A DNA stretch of 37,902 nucleotides from a virus (Duplodnaviria; Caudoviricetes): positions 1 to 37,902 of the IMG/VR virus record IMGVR_UViG_3300032280_000446; one strand, written 5' to 3'. The position numbers were made by a program, and so were the translations under genes. The notes below the pieces were generated by a model. The model ran no database searches. It was not told the DNA's origin and saw only the letters and a program-made list of their open reading frames with translations. Below are positions 7,818 to 17,053 of this stretch, in pieces (position 1 is the first letter of the stretch; the number at the start of each line of letters is the position of its first letter).

Positions 7818-7997
7818 TTACTTAGTTTTACGACTATTTTTTACTTCCTGAATACGCTTGCGTTCTTCACGGGAAAACTTAATAATTTCCTGTAAAGCCT
7901 TGCGAGCGCGGGTACCAGCAGCATTATTACCACCATCAAATTTGGTTGTTTCTTCTACGTAGGTATTAGTTAGAGTTGTGAGTGTGTTTTCTGACAT
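7818..7997 (-). CDS. Histone H1-like Hc1-family nucleoid protein
   Basis: KFDGGNNAAGTRARKALQEI....REERK.IQE.KN matches the Hc1 core; start MSENTL at 7997. Confidence 0.8.
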   Translation of the reverse strand: MSENTLTTLTNTYVEETTKFDGGNNAAGTRARKALQEIIKFSREERKRIQEVKNSRKTK

Positions 7998-8047
7998 ACA
8001 CAATAACTTATTTATTTGTTCGTTTTTTATCCACATAAATAATAGTA

Positions 8048-8827
8048 ATGAGTTTTGAGCAGCATTTTTTACAAGAACGTATCTACAGATTACAACCTAT
8101 AGAAGATTTACAGGTAAAGGATTTAGTAAAACGTTATCTTGATCTGTTTAATGTAAATATAAGAAAGCGATTTCTAATACTCAAAACTCCTCCGGAGATT
8201 TTTTATAAGAAAAAACTCGATAATAACAATGAATTACCTCTAGGGGTTCTTTTTTACAAAGAATTTAACAATAACGAGGAAAAGAATATACCTATACGTA
8301 TTAGTTTTGATAGGAAAACTACAGACCGTGGGCAGTTAAGAGCAGAGGTAGAAAGAGATGAAAATAATAAGATAACAAAAGTTATTCCTGAAGATATTGT
8401 ACTTTATTATTACAAAAATAAATTTGATGCAAAGTATCTTGAAGACATTATAGTGCACGAATTAAATCACGCTAAACAAATTTACAAAACACCAAAAGAG
8501 AATTATACAGATACAGAAGAAACATATTGGTTAGATCCTGTAGAAGAACACAATTATACATCTAATATTATTAAAGAGATTGAAGATCACTTTCAAGAAT
8601 CTGATGATAATGAAAAACAGAATACATTAGAGTTTGTTAAAAATTTACTAACCGGTAACGAAAAATACATATATAATGCACCGCCCTATATTAAGAATAG
8701 AGATACGTTTTTAAGTGTGCTTTATCGAAACCGTAATAATCCAAAATATAAAAATAGCTTTCAACGTTTCTATAAAAAAATATACTGGCTTTACGGTTTA
8801 TTAAAGAAACAAGTTGAACAAAAATAA
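8048..8827 (+). CDS. Late protein with HExxH zincin-like motif
   Basis: IVHELNHAKQ followed by YWLDPVEE; CATAAATA at 8034-8041. Confidence 0.65.
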   Translation: MSFEQHFLQERIYRLQPIEDLQVKDLVKRYLDLFNVNIRKRFLILKTPPEIFYKKKLDNNNELPLGVLFYKEFNNNEEKNIPIRISFDRKTTDRGQLRAEVERDENNKITKVIPEDIVLYYYKNKFDAKYLEDIIVHELNHAKQIYKTPKENYTDTEETYWLDPVEEHNYTSNIIKEIEDHFQESDDNEKQNTLEFVKNLLTGNEKYIYNAPPYIKNRDTFLSVLYRNRNNPKYKNSFQRFYKKIYWLYGLLKKQVEQK

Positions 8828-8850
8828 ATCGAGTATAATCTATTTACATC

Positions 8851-9051
8851 ATGCACTTCTGGCCCAATCTCTCAATTTTAAAAAGCTCAAAAGTTAACAA
8901 TGTTAAAAAAATTCTCGCCAATCGCCCGAAAGGTATTAGCGATGAAACTTGGGCTGAAATCGTAAAAGAAGAAAAGCTAAATAAGCTTATTACCCTCAAT
9001 AAGGTACCTAAACCGAGCAAGAAAATTAATACCAAAATTAATACCAAATAA
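8851..9051 (+). CDS. Hypothetical basic protein
   Basis: 66-aa ORF after a TATAAT box. Confidence 0.5.
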   Translation: MHFWPNLSILKSSKVNNVKKILANRPKGISDETWAEIVKEEKLNKLITLNKVPKPSKKINTKINTK

Positions 9052-9104
9052 TGTCACTGCAACGGTTTATATTAGTCGGTCGAATACGTTAAGCTAAAAG
9101 TTAT

Positions 9105-9195
9105 ACTGGGTTAGTGTAACTGGAAGCACCGACGGCCTTATAAACCGTGTTCCCTAGATGAGGGACGAGCATGGGTTCGATTCCCATACCCAGTA
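9105..9195 (+). tRNA. tRNA-Ile(UAU) with long variable arm
   Basis: Acceptor ACTGGGT/ACCCAGT, loop CTTATAA, V arm GTTCCCT-agatg-AGGGAC, T arm ATGGG-TTCGATT-CCCAT, A73; no encoded CCA. Confidence 0.8.
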
Positions 9196-9204
9196 CTTTT
9201 AAAT

Positions 9205-9561
9205 ATGAAAAAAATAATTGTTCCAAAACAAAACGAAGAAGCAAATTACTTCTCTGATTTTTCAGGTCAACCTTTTGGAGATTTATATCAGCCACCAGTT
9301 ACTCTAAAACTTGAGTTTAACTATGGTTCGGATTACGACGGGTCAGAAATTACTTTACATCTTTCCGATCGAGATGTACAACCTATTATTGACTTAATCA
9401 GTACAAAACTTAACCCCGATTTTAAAAAGCAACTCGAACAAGAATTTACCGAGAACGATGAAGAATATTTCAATGCCATTGAGGCACGGGACCCTATGGA
9501 ATGCGAGTATAGGGTCTCGTGTAATAACCTACTTAAAAAGCTTCTAGGACGTGAAGAATAA
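9205..9561 (+). CDS. Hypothetical protein
   Basis: 118-aa acidic ORF. Confidence 0.7.
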   Translation: MKKIIVPKQNEEANYFSDFSGQPFGDLYQPPVTLKLEFNYGSDYDGSEITLHLSDRDVQPIIDLISTKLNPDFKKQLEQEFTENDEEYFNAIEARDPMECEYRVSCNNLLKKLLGREE

Positions 9562-9673
9562 CCCTTTATATATTGCCTGGATTAACTTCTGGAACCACAA
9601 CAAGACAATTACTGTTTGTATTATTTTGTGTGTTATTATTTTTATACTTGAGTGCCTCTACCTTTGTAATTAG
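9551..9673 (+). CDS. Possible small membrane protein (not in ORF track)
   Basis: GTG start overlapping the upstream gene end; 40 aa with hydrophobic ITVCIILCVIIFIL. Confidence 0.35.
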   Translation: MKNNPLYIAWINFWNHNKTITVCIILCVIIFILECLYLCN

Positions 9674-9695
9674 AATTTAAAAATAATGAAGATAT

Positions 9696-9722
9696 GCTCC
9701 AGTAGTCCAACGGCAGAGACAA
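9696..9722 (+). pseudogene. 5' fragment of a tRNA gene
   Basis: GCTCCAG-TA-GTCCAACGGCAGAGAC gives an acceptor 5' strand plus D arm; no anticodon arm or 3' half follows. Confidence 0.6.
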
Positions 9723-9759
9723 GCTAGTTCATTTACAACGGTATTAACAATTTAGCTAT

Positions 9760-9835
9760 GGCTGCGTACGCTAACTGGCATCGCGACCTTACTTAAAATG
9801 AGGTGTTTTTGTGGGTTCGACTCCCACCGCAGCTA
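9760..9835 (+). tRNA. tRNA-Leu(UAA) with short variable region
   Basis: Acceptor GGCTGCG/CGCAGCT, CCTTA-CTTAAAA-TGAGG, T arm GTGGG-TTCGACT-CCCAC; no encoded CCA. Confidence 0.8.
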
Positions 9836-9844
9836 GCTAGACGG

Positions 9845-10135
9845 ATGCACTATACTTATAAAGGAGTAGATTTGCATGGAAAATGGGAGCTAAAATACGC
9901 TCAATGGTTAGACAACAATAGAGTAAAGTGGATGAGGTGCAAGCAGGCATTTGAATATACTTTTGAGAATAAAACACGTCGATATACACCAGACTTTTAT
10001 CTTCCCGATACTGATGAATACATAGAGATTAAAGGATATAAAACAAATAAGGATATCGCAAAGTGGAGTCAATTTCCATATAAATTAACTGTTTTGATGA
10101 GATCAGAACTAAAAAAGATTGGCATTGCATTATAG
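9845..10135 (+). CDS. PD-(D/E)XK nuclease, homing-endonuclease-like
   Basis: WE..YA.WLD...W, RRYTPDFYLP...YIEIKGY; located between tRNA genes. Confidence 0.75.
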   Translation: MHYTYKGVDLHGKWELKYAQWLDNNRVKWMRCKQAFEYTFENKTRRYTPDFYLPDTDEYIEIKGYKTNKDIAKWSQFPYKLTVLMRSELKKIGIAL

Positions 10136-10162
10136 AGAAATGCCATTAAAATAAACACATAA

Positions 10163-10238
10163 TGCCGAGTAGCTCAGCGGTAGTAGCGGGGTCCTGTTAA
10201 GACCATGGTCGTAGGTTCAAATCCTACCTTGGCAGCCA
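10163..10238 (+). tRNA. tRNA-Asn(GUU)
   Basis: TGCCGAG/CTTGGCA, loop CTGTTAA, GTAGG-TTCAAAT-CCTAC, G73, CCA; promoter TTGCAT-16 nt-TAAAAT at 10125-10152. Confidence 0.92.
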
Positions 10239-10254
10239 TTCAACCAGTACACCC

Positions 10255-10300
10255 GTTCCAGGGAATTTAGATCTTTGCGTCAATTTAAATTCCCTGGAAC
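10255..10300. repeat. 15-bp perfect inverted repeat (hairpin)
   Basis: GTTCCAGGGAATTTA ... TAAATTCCCTGGAAC. Confidence 0.8.
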
Positions 10301-10312
10301 ATAACTAAAAAT

Positions 10313-10513
10313 ATGAATAACCAACAGTACATGTTTAGCATTGTTTATAGAGGTAAACCTTTTCAGGTATATGTTTCAGGTAAAGATGTTTCTTACGAAT
10401 ATAAGGGGTTTTTTACTGAAAAAGAACATAAAAACTTTTTAAAATATCTCCGTGCTGAAGGTTTTGTCGATAGTAATATCAAATACGATATAAAACCTGA
10501 GACTGAACGATGA
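10313..10513 (+). CDS. Hypothetical protein
   Basis: 66-aa ORF within the tRNA cluster. Confidence 0.6.
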   Translation: MNNQQYMFSIVYRGKPFQVYVSGKDVSYEYKGFFTEKEHKNFLKYLRAEGFVDSNIKYDIKPETER

Positions 10514-10519
10514 TAATTT

Positions 10520-10594
10520 GCATCCATCGTTCAACGGATAGGACAAGGCTCTTCTAAAGCCTTTATGTAGGTTCGATTCCTACTGGATGCACCA
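10520..10594 (+). tRNA. tRNA-Arg(UCU)
   Basis: GCATCCA/TGGATGC, AGGCT-CTTCTAA-AGCCT, GTAGG-TTCGATT-CCTAC, ACCA. Confidence 0.95.
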
Positions 10595-10616
10595 TTTTAA
10601 ATAAAGAAAAAACTTT

Positions 10617-10690
10617 GGAGTTGTAGCTCAATTGGTCAGAGCTCCGCCCTGTCACGGCGGGGGTTGCGGGTTCGAGCCCCTCCGGTCCCA
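10617..10690 (+). pseudogene. Chimeric or degenerate tRNA-Asp(GUC)
   Basis: Canonical Asp 5' part (CCGCC-CTGTCAC-GGCGG), but the 3' strand CCCTC-CGGTCCC-A mismatches the T stem and acceptor; no G73. Confidence 0.7.
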
Positions 10691-11082
10691 CTTTTCTTTG
10701 CCTTGCGTACTTTTGTTTTAGCGTTTGGATCGGCCTCGATTTCGCCTGCAATTAATATATAGCGTAAAACCTCTAACATAATAACGCTAGTTTCTTTATC
10801 TAAAATTCCGCTCTTAACACCATCAAAAATTTTATCAGATTCTTTATGTATATAATTTTTTATGAATTTTAATGCCTCACTAGGACCAGTAGCTAAGAAC
10901 TTTTCTGCTTCTGTTTGACAATATAATTTGTAATCTTCTCGGTCTGCAGAAATTTCACCGGATTCCAATTTACTTTGAAATTCGTTAAAGTATTTATCTT
11001 GTCTTTGGCTATAAAATTTTCGAATAGCTTTTTTAAACCGCTCGAACATTCTATCCCGAATGATGTCAGTAGATAGTTTCAT
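10636..11082 (-). CDS. Hypothetical late protein
   Basis: 148-aa ORF with CATAAATA upstream; the C-terminus reads antisense into tRNA-Asp. Confidence 0.65.
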   Translation of the reverse strand: MKLSTDIIRDRMFERFKKAIRKFYSQRQDKYFNEFQSKLESGEISADREDYKLYCQTEAEKFLATGPSEALKFIKNYIHKESDKIFDGVKSGILDKETSVIMLEVLRYILIAGEIEADPNAKTKVRKAKKSGTGGARTRNPRRDRAEL

Positions 11083-11182
11083 CTATACTAATATTTATGT
11101 CGTAAATAAATTACTATCTACTTCTACACTTAATACCGAGATTTTTTAAAAAACATAGTTAAATTAATATTGTATATACAGT

Positions 11183-12424
11183 ATGAAAGATAAAATTTTT
11201 ATTCAAATAGCATCGTACCGGGACCCTCAGCTGTTACCCACGCTTAGGGATTGTATTGCTAATGCAAAGCATCCAAACAATTTAAAGTTTTGTATTGCCT
11301 GGCAACATGATGAAAAAGAAAGCCTCGAAGAGTTTAAAGACGATGAACGTTTTATTATTTTAGATATACCGTATACTGAATCAAAGGGAGCTTGTTGGGC
11401 TAGAAATTTAATTCAGCAAAAATATAACGGAGAAAAATATACACTTCAGCTTGATAGTCATCATCGTTTTATTAAAAACTGGGATACTGAGTTAATCAAG
11501 ATGGTTAAACACCTACAAAAGAAAGGCCATAAAAAGCCTTTGTTAACAGGTTATATATCTAGCTTTAACCCTGATAATGATCCTGCAGAGCGTGTTGACG
11601 TACCCTGGAAGATGAATTTTGATCGCTTTATACCTGAAGGCGCTGTTTTCTTCTTACCTGCATCTATTGATAATTTTAAGGAGCTTGATGAACCTATTCC
11701 TGCGCGTTTTTATTCAGCACACTTCTGCTTTACGCTCGGTACTTTCTGTAAAGAGGTACCACATGACCCGGAGTATTACTTCCACGGAGAAGAAATTTCT
11801 ATAGCTGTACGTGCATTCACACACGGGTATGATTTATTCCATCCTCACAAGATAGTAGCCTGGCATGAATATACACGCCGTGGTAGAACTAAGCAGTGGG
11901 ACGATGATAAGGAGTGGCATATAAAGAATGATAGCTGTCACCTACGTAATCGTAAACTTTTTGAGATGGACGGTCTTAAGAATGATATTGACTTTGGTAT
12001 TTACGGTTTTGGTAAAGTTCGTACTTTAGATGATTATGAACGTTATGCCGGGGTTAGCTTTAAAAAGCGAGCCGTACAACAATATACACTTGACTTTAAA
12101 CTTCCTCCTAATCCATCATATGATAATAACGAAGAATATGAAAAGTCGTTCTTGAGTATCTTCCGTCATTGTATTGATATTGGTTTTGACAAAGTACCTG
12201 AAAAAGATTACGATTTTTGGGCTGTAGCTTTCCATGATGTAGATGGTAACACAATGTTCAGAAAGGATTCTGACGAAGCTGAAATCTTAAACTATTTTAA
12301 TGACCCTGATAAGTACTGCAAAGTTTGGAGAGAGTTTCAAACTGATAAAAAGCCTGATCATTGGGTTGTTTGGCCACACTCTAAATCTAAGGGTTGGTGT
12401 GAACGTATTACCGGTAATCTGTAA
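11183..12424 (+). CDS. GT60-like GlcNAc transferase (Skp1-hydroxyproline GlcNAcT family) plus C-terminal Trp-rich domain
   Basis: IFIQIASYRDP, SKGACWAR, LQLDSHHRF..NWD, YFHGEEI..AVR.FTHGYD, HEY.R. Confidence 0.85.
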   Translation: MKDKIFIQIASYRDPQLLPTLRDCIANAKHPNNLKFCIAWQHDEKESLEEFKDDERFIILDIPYTESKGACWARNLIQQKYNGEKYTLQLDSHHRFIKNWDTELIKMVKHLQKKGHKKPLLTGYISSFNPDNDPAERVDVPWKMNFDRFIPEGAVFFLPASIDNFKELDEPIPARFYSAHFCFTLGTFCKEVPHDPEYYFHGEEISIAVRAFTHGYDLFHPHKIVAWHEYTRRGRTKQWDDDKEWHIKNDSCHLRNRKLFEMDGLKNDIDFGIYGFGKVRTLDDYERYAGVSFKKRAVQQYTLDFKLPPNPSYDNNEEYEKSFLSIFRHCIDIGFDKVPEKDYDFWAVAFHDVDGNTMFRKDSDEAEILNYFNDPDKYCKVWREFQTDKKPDHWVVWPHSKSKGWCERITGNL

Positions 12425-13875
12425 TGAAGATTAAATTAGTTACAACTACCTGGTCAAACGAAGAGACGTTTCCAATAGAAGAGACGTCTCTATATCGTTC
12501 TTTTGTTAAGTTTAATTCTAAAGATAATTTTGTACATTATCACTTTAATCGTGGTCATCATATGCCGTTAGAATCTGAATTCTATCAACGGTTTGATACT
12601 CAAAGTGATTACATTTTATATAAAATATATCTATTACTCTCTAAGGTAATGTTATTAGATGCAGATTATATAGTTTTTTGTGACGCTAATGACGTTACGT
12701 GTTTAAGAAATATTGATTACTTACCGTCACTTTACGATTTAGATAATAATGTAGTTTTTGGTACTGAAAAAAACCAATGGCCGGTACCAGAGAAAAGGTT
12801 AGCTTGGCCAGATTATCAGGATTATAGTGATTATAATAAAACCAATCAATTTTATCTAAATTCTGGTGTTATTTTAGCTAAAAAAGATATGTATGTTCGT
12901 CTTATGATGAACGTTATCGATAGGGTTTTACCTAAGAATCTTAAGACTTTCTGTAGCGATCAAGGTGTTTATACATGGCACTATACAAACGAGGGATCCC
13001 CAGGGATAAAGCTGGATACCAGTGGTATTTTAGCGGTTAATACATTTACGCGATCAGTAGACGAGTATTATATGCAAAATAATACTCTTTACTCAAAGAA
13101 AACAGGTGTTGCCCCTTGCTTTGTTCATGACAACGGTTGGGATCACGGGTCCCCTCGCTACAATTACGCATTCGAATTAAAGAGACTTTATTCAGATAGC
13201 TACCCCCACCTTAAAAATATATCGAAAGAAAGACCTATACCTTTAGATCATAGTTTTTATTTACAAAATATAAAAGATAGCTATAACTTCACACCTCGTG
13301 TAATTTACGATATTGGGGCATGTGTCTTACATTGGACAACAATTGCGAAAGAGGTTTGGCCGGGTTCTGAATATATTCTTTTTGAAGCTATGGAAGAATC
13401 TAAGGAATTATTCGAGGAAACACCTCACCGCTATCACATCGACGTACTTGGGGACGAGGACGGTAAAGAAATTACTTTTTATAAAAATGTTACATTTCCA
13501 GGAGGTAATTCATATTATATAGAAAATTCTGAATTTAGTTCTATGGCTTCAGCCCTCTTTGAGAATCCGTCTAATCAATTTAAACGCATCATTAGTACTC
13601 TCGACTCTATAGTTCAGCGTAGAGGTTTCCCTCTCCCCGATCTTCTTAAGATAGACGTACAGGGCTGTGAAGTTGATATACTTAAAGGCGCTCAAAAAAC
13701 ATTACAAAACGTAAAACATTTAATTGTTGAGTTACAGCATGTACAATACAACAAAGGGGCTCAGTTAGCTGAAGATTCAATTCCGTTTATTGAGTCATTA
13801 GGTTTTAAATTAGTTACTCCGCGTTTTTCAACAAACAGTAATGTTGATGCTGACTATCATTTCATTAAAGAATGA
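12424..13875 (+). CDS. Fusion of a PLOD-like glycosyltransferase domain and an FkbM methyltransferase
   Basis: N half: VFCDANDV, VFGTEKNQWP, YLNSG, SDQ, PCFVHDNG. C half: IYDIGAC, FEA, TLD, LLKIDVQGCE. Confidence 0.8.
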   Translation: MKIKLVTTTWSNEETFPIEETSLYRSFVKFNSKDNFVHYHFNRGHHMPLESEFYQRFDTQSDYILYKIYLLLSKVMLLDADYIVFCDANDVTCLRNIDYLPSLYDLDNNVVFGTEKNQWPVPEKRLAWPDYQDYSDYNKTNQFYLNSGVILAKKDMYVRLMMNVIDRVLPKNLKTFCSDQGVYTWHYTNEGSPGIKLDTSGILAVNTFTRSVDEYYMQNNTLYSKKTGVAPCFVHDNGWDHGSPRYNYAFELKRLYSDSYPHLKNISKERPIPLDHSFYLQNIKDSYNFTPRVIYDIGACVLHWTTIAKEVWPGSEYILFEAMEESKELFEETPHRYHIDVLGDEDGKEITFYKNVTFPGGNSYYIENSEFSSMASALFENPSNQFKRIISTLDSIVQRRGFPLPDLLKIDVQGCEVDILKGAQKTLQNVKHLIVELQHVQYNKGAQLAEDSIPFIESLGFKLVTPRFSTNSNVDADYHFIKE

Positions 13876-15428
13876 ACTTACCTTCGATAGCTCTTCATAG
13901 CTGGCACAATGCATCAGTAGCTGTTTATCATAAAAATGATATAACTTGTATTGTAGAGTTTGAAAGACTTATCGGTTTAAAAAATGCGAGCTACGAACAT
14001 TTTGAACCAATACGTTGCAAAGAATATATTTTAAAAGAGGTTTATAACTATCTTAAAGATCGATTTGGTTATACACAATACGATAAATTTATTATTGGTT
14101 ACGGTTATTCTGAAGTACCGCAACATTATAAAAATGCAATACCTGCTAATGAATATATAATCGACGAAGGACATCATACAGCACATGCTTGTAATAGCTT
14201 TTATCAGTCTCCTTACCACGAAGCATTGATTGTTTCGTTTGACGGTGGTTCGAATGACGGCTGGTTTAATATTTACAAAGGAGTAAGAGGAGAAGAACTT
14301 CAGCACTTACATTACAAGGATTACAATCTCGGTCAACAATATCACCATATTGGTTTGTATTGTGATGAAATTAAAAATTACCATAACTTAACAGCTGCCG
14401 GTAAAGTATTGGGGTTACAATCGTACGGTAAAGTTATTGATGAATGGAAAGAACCTCTAAGAAAATTTTTCACAGTACATCCATACTCAGCGCTGAGTGT
14501 CGAAACATTTTTAGAATTAAAAAATAGTATTGGTATTGATTTTGATGCGACAAATAAATTAAAGGGAGAAAATTCTTACAATTTTGCACGAACTGCTCAA
14601 GAAGTTTTTGAAGAGTTATTCTTTGAAGTTGTTGATCCGTTTGTTGCCCAGTATAGTAATTTGCCTGTTATTATAACAGGTGGATGTGCTTTAAATATTA
14701 CTCTAAACACAAAAGCAAAAAAGAGATATAATCAAGATGTTTTTGTTGCACCTAATTCATCGGATTGCGGGCTTACTACTGGTCTGTTACTTAAACATTT
14801 TAAACCGCAGCACGTTATAGACGTTACATATAAGGGTGTGGACGTATTAGATAAAAATATGCTTATGGAATATGTACATGAGCGTGAAGGTAGTGTTATA
14901 CAGAATGAACAGATTGTAGATGATCTCATTGAAGGTAAAATATTAGGAGTAGTACAAAATACGTCAGAGCATGGTCCGCGAGCTCTAGGTAATAGATCTA
15001 TTATATGCTCAGCACTACTATTAAACATGAAGGACATTTTAAATGCTAAAGTTAAGCATAGGGAATGGTACCGTCCGTTCGCCCCTATTGTACGACTGGA
15101 AGATGTATCAGAGTATTTTGACTGGAATGAAGAGAGTAGATGGATGAATTTTTGTGTTGACGTAAAAGAAGAATACAAAGATTTATTACCTGCTATAACT
15201 CACGTTGACGGTACAGCTCGTGTACAAACCATAACTAAAGAACAAAATCCGTTTATATATAATTTACTTACACTCTTTAAAGAAAAAACAGGTATCGGTG
15301 TTTTAGTTAATACTTCTTTTAATGTTGACGGTAAACCCATTCTTTCAACATATAAAGATGCATTCAAGGTGTTTGACGAAACAGAGCTTGATAGACTTTA
15401 CCTTGACGGCTTTTACTTTAACAAATAA
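13872..15428 (+). CDS. NodU/CmcH/TobZ-family O-carbamoyltransferase
   Basis: HNAS, HHTAHA, DGG, AGKVLGL, GGCALN, EHGPRALGNRSI, REWYRPFAP, HVDGTARVQT, NTSFN. Confidence 0.95.
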   Translation: MNLPSIALHSWHNASVAVYHKNDITCIVEFERLIGLKNASYEHFEPIRCKEYILKEVYNYLKDRFGYTQYDKFIIGYGYSEVPQHYKNAIPANEYIIDEGHHTAHACNSFYQSPYHEALIVSFDGGSNDGWFNIYKGVRGEELQHLHYKDYNLGQQYHHIGLYCDEIKNYHNLTAAGKVLGLQSYGKVIDEWKEPLRKFFTVHPYSALSVETFLELKNSIGIDFDATNKLKGENSYNFARTAQEVFEELFFEVVDPFVAQYSNLPVIITGGCALNITLNTKAKKRYNQDVFVAPNSSDCGLTTGLLLKHFKPQHVIDVTYKGVDVLDKNMLMEYVHEREGSVIQNEQIVDDLIEGKILGVVQNTSEHGPRALGNRSIICSALLLNMKDILNAKVKHREWYRPFAPIVRLEDVSEYFDWNEESRWMNFCVDVKEEYKDLLPAITHVDGTARVQTITKEQNPFIYNLLTLFKEKTGIGVLVNTSFNVDGKPILSTYKDAFKVFDETELDRLYLDGFYFNK

Positions 15429-15440
15429 TTATTACTTACA

Positions 15441-16265
15441 ATGAAACAATGTCTTTTAGGGGTATGTAATAATGTAGGTCATAATATAGACAAAGTTAAG
15501 GTATGGGCTAAAAGCTTTGTAAGACATACCGATAACCCTAATGTGTTTTTAATTGCGGTAAATGCTACAGATGAAGAAATTAAAATTGTAAAGGATATTG
15601 GTATTATACCGATACCTGTTACGATGAATACAACAGTTGGTATTAATCATACACGTCTCAGACCTGCTTATCAATTACTAGAATTAATTGATTGTGAGCA
15701 AATTGTTTATACGGATGTTTTTGATGTAGTATTTCAAGGTAATCCTTTTTTAAAATTAGACTTTAATAATAATGATTTATTTGCTGGAGAGGAAGGGCTT
15801 CTTATAAGAAATGAACCATGGAATATGAATAATATTCAACTCATTTTTCCAGAAGAGTTAGACAAATGTCTCAACAATAGAGTATTATGCTCAGGTGTAA
15901 TGGCAGGTAATAGAAAAGCATTTATAGATTTGTTATATAAAATATATGTACTAAGCGAACACGGGCAGGTCAATCATGATAACATACGAGATCAAGCGGC
16001 ATTACATGTTCTTTACGCTAATAACCGCATTAAGAATCTTAAAACAATACCATTAACAGAATTTTGGACAGTTCATTGTGCTGTAGCAGGACCGACACCA
16101 TTTTTTGAATCTTGGAATTTTAAAAATCATTTTCAAAATGATGGGCTACCTATACCCTATCTTGAAGACGGTATTGTAAAGGGAGACGGTCAGCCGTTTG
16201 ATATAGTACATCAATATAACCGCGTACCTGAGTGGTATGATAAATTAATTCAACCTTATGTCTAA
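15441..16265 (+). CDS. Putative GT-A glycosyltransferase
   Basis: TDVFDVVFQGNPF, CSGVMAG, DQA, IVHQYNR. Confidence 0.7.
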   Translation: MKQCLLGVCNNVGHNIDKVKVWAKSFVRHTDNPNVFLIAVNATDEEIKIVKDIGIIPIPVTMNTTVGINHTRLRPAYQLLELIDCEQIVYTDVFDVVFQGNPFLKLDFNNNDLFAGEEGLLIRNEPWNMNNIQLIFPEELDKCLNNRVLCSGVMAGNRKAFIDLLYKIYVLSEHGQVNHDNIRDQAALHVLYANNRIKNLKTIPLTEFWTVHCAVAGPTPFFESWNFKNHFQNDGLPIPYLEDGIVKGDGQPFDIVHQYNRVPEWYDKLIQPYV

Positions 16266-17043
16266 TACAGCAATCTGTCTTTGTACTTACGAGAGAATAT
16301 TTACAACTCAATATGTTGTTGATAGTTTTTTAAAGCAAAACTTAGAAAATTTTTATTTAGTATTTGATAATAAAGTTAATTTAGATTTCGAAACTATTTC
16401 GACAAATTGCTTTAATCATAGAAATATTTTTACTTATACGCCTGGGGATTTTTTAATTAATAGCTTTAACCGTCCAATAGATAAAAACCATTCTTGGGGC
16501 GGACATCAAAACCCTAATTATTTTTTCGCGCATTTTAGAATGCTTTTATTTTTTCTTAAAAATCCGACATTTGACTATTATTGGTTTTTTGATGATGATG
16601 TTTCTTTTGAAGGAGATTTAAAAAACTTTCTTAAAGATTATGAAAGGGTTGATGATGATTTTATCGCAGTACAGGTATTTAAAAAAGAAGATTATCCGGA
16701 ATTTCCACGTATTAGTAAGCAGAGTAATAAAATGACAGGGTCAGGTGGTCACTGGTTAGATCGTACACCGGGACCTGGAGACGTTTATAAGTTACCTATG
16801 AAGTATCACTTAGGTTCATTTTATCCAATTGTTAGATACTCTAATAAAGCAATGCAGTATCTTATTGAGTTAAACAAACAAAACTATTACGGTTATTCTG
16901 AAGGATTTGTACCTACAATGCTTGCTAATGGAGGCTACAAGGTAGCAAGTATGTTAAGTGAGGATGATAAGTTTTTTATAAAACCATCTGTAGAGTGTAA
17001 AATAAGTCATAAGGGTATGGAATTTCCTTGGTCTTGGTTATAA
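16258..17043 (+). CDS. Putative glycosyltransferase-like protein
   Basis: FDYYWFFDDDVSFEG (DxD), YPIVRYS..A, EGFVPT; operon context. Confidence 0.6.
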   Translation: MSNTAICLCTYERIFTTQYVVDSFLKQNLENFYLVFDNKVNLDFETISTNCFNHRNIFTYTPGDFLINSFNRPIDKNHSWGGHQNPNYFFAHFRMLLFFLKNPTFDYYWFFDDDVSFEGDLKNFLKDYERVDDDFIAVQVFKKEDYPEFPRISKQSNKMTGSGGHWLDRTPGPGDVYKLPMKYHLGSFYPIVRYSNKAMQYLIELNKQNYYGYSEGFVPTMLANGGYKVASMLSEDDKFFIKPSVECKISHKGMEFPWSWL

Positions 17044-17053
17044 GTTTTATTTT

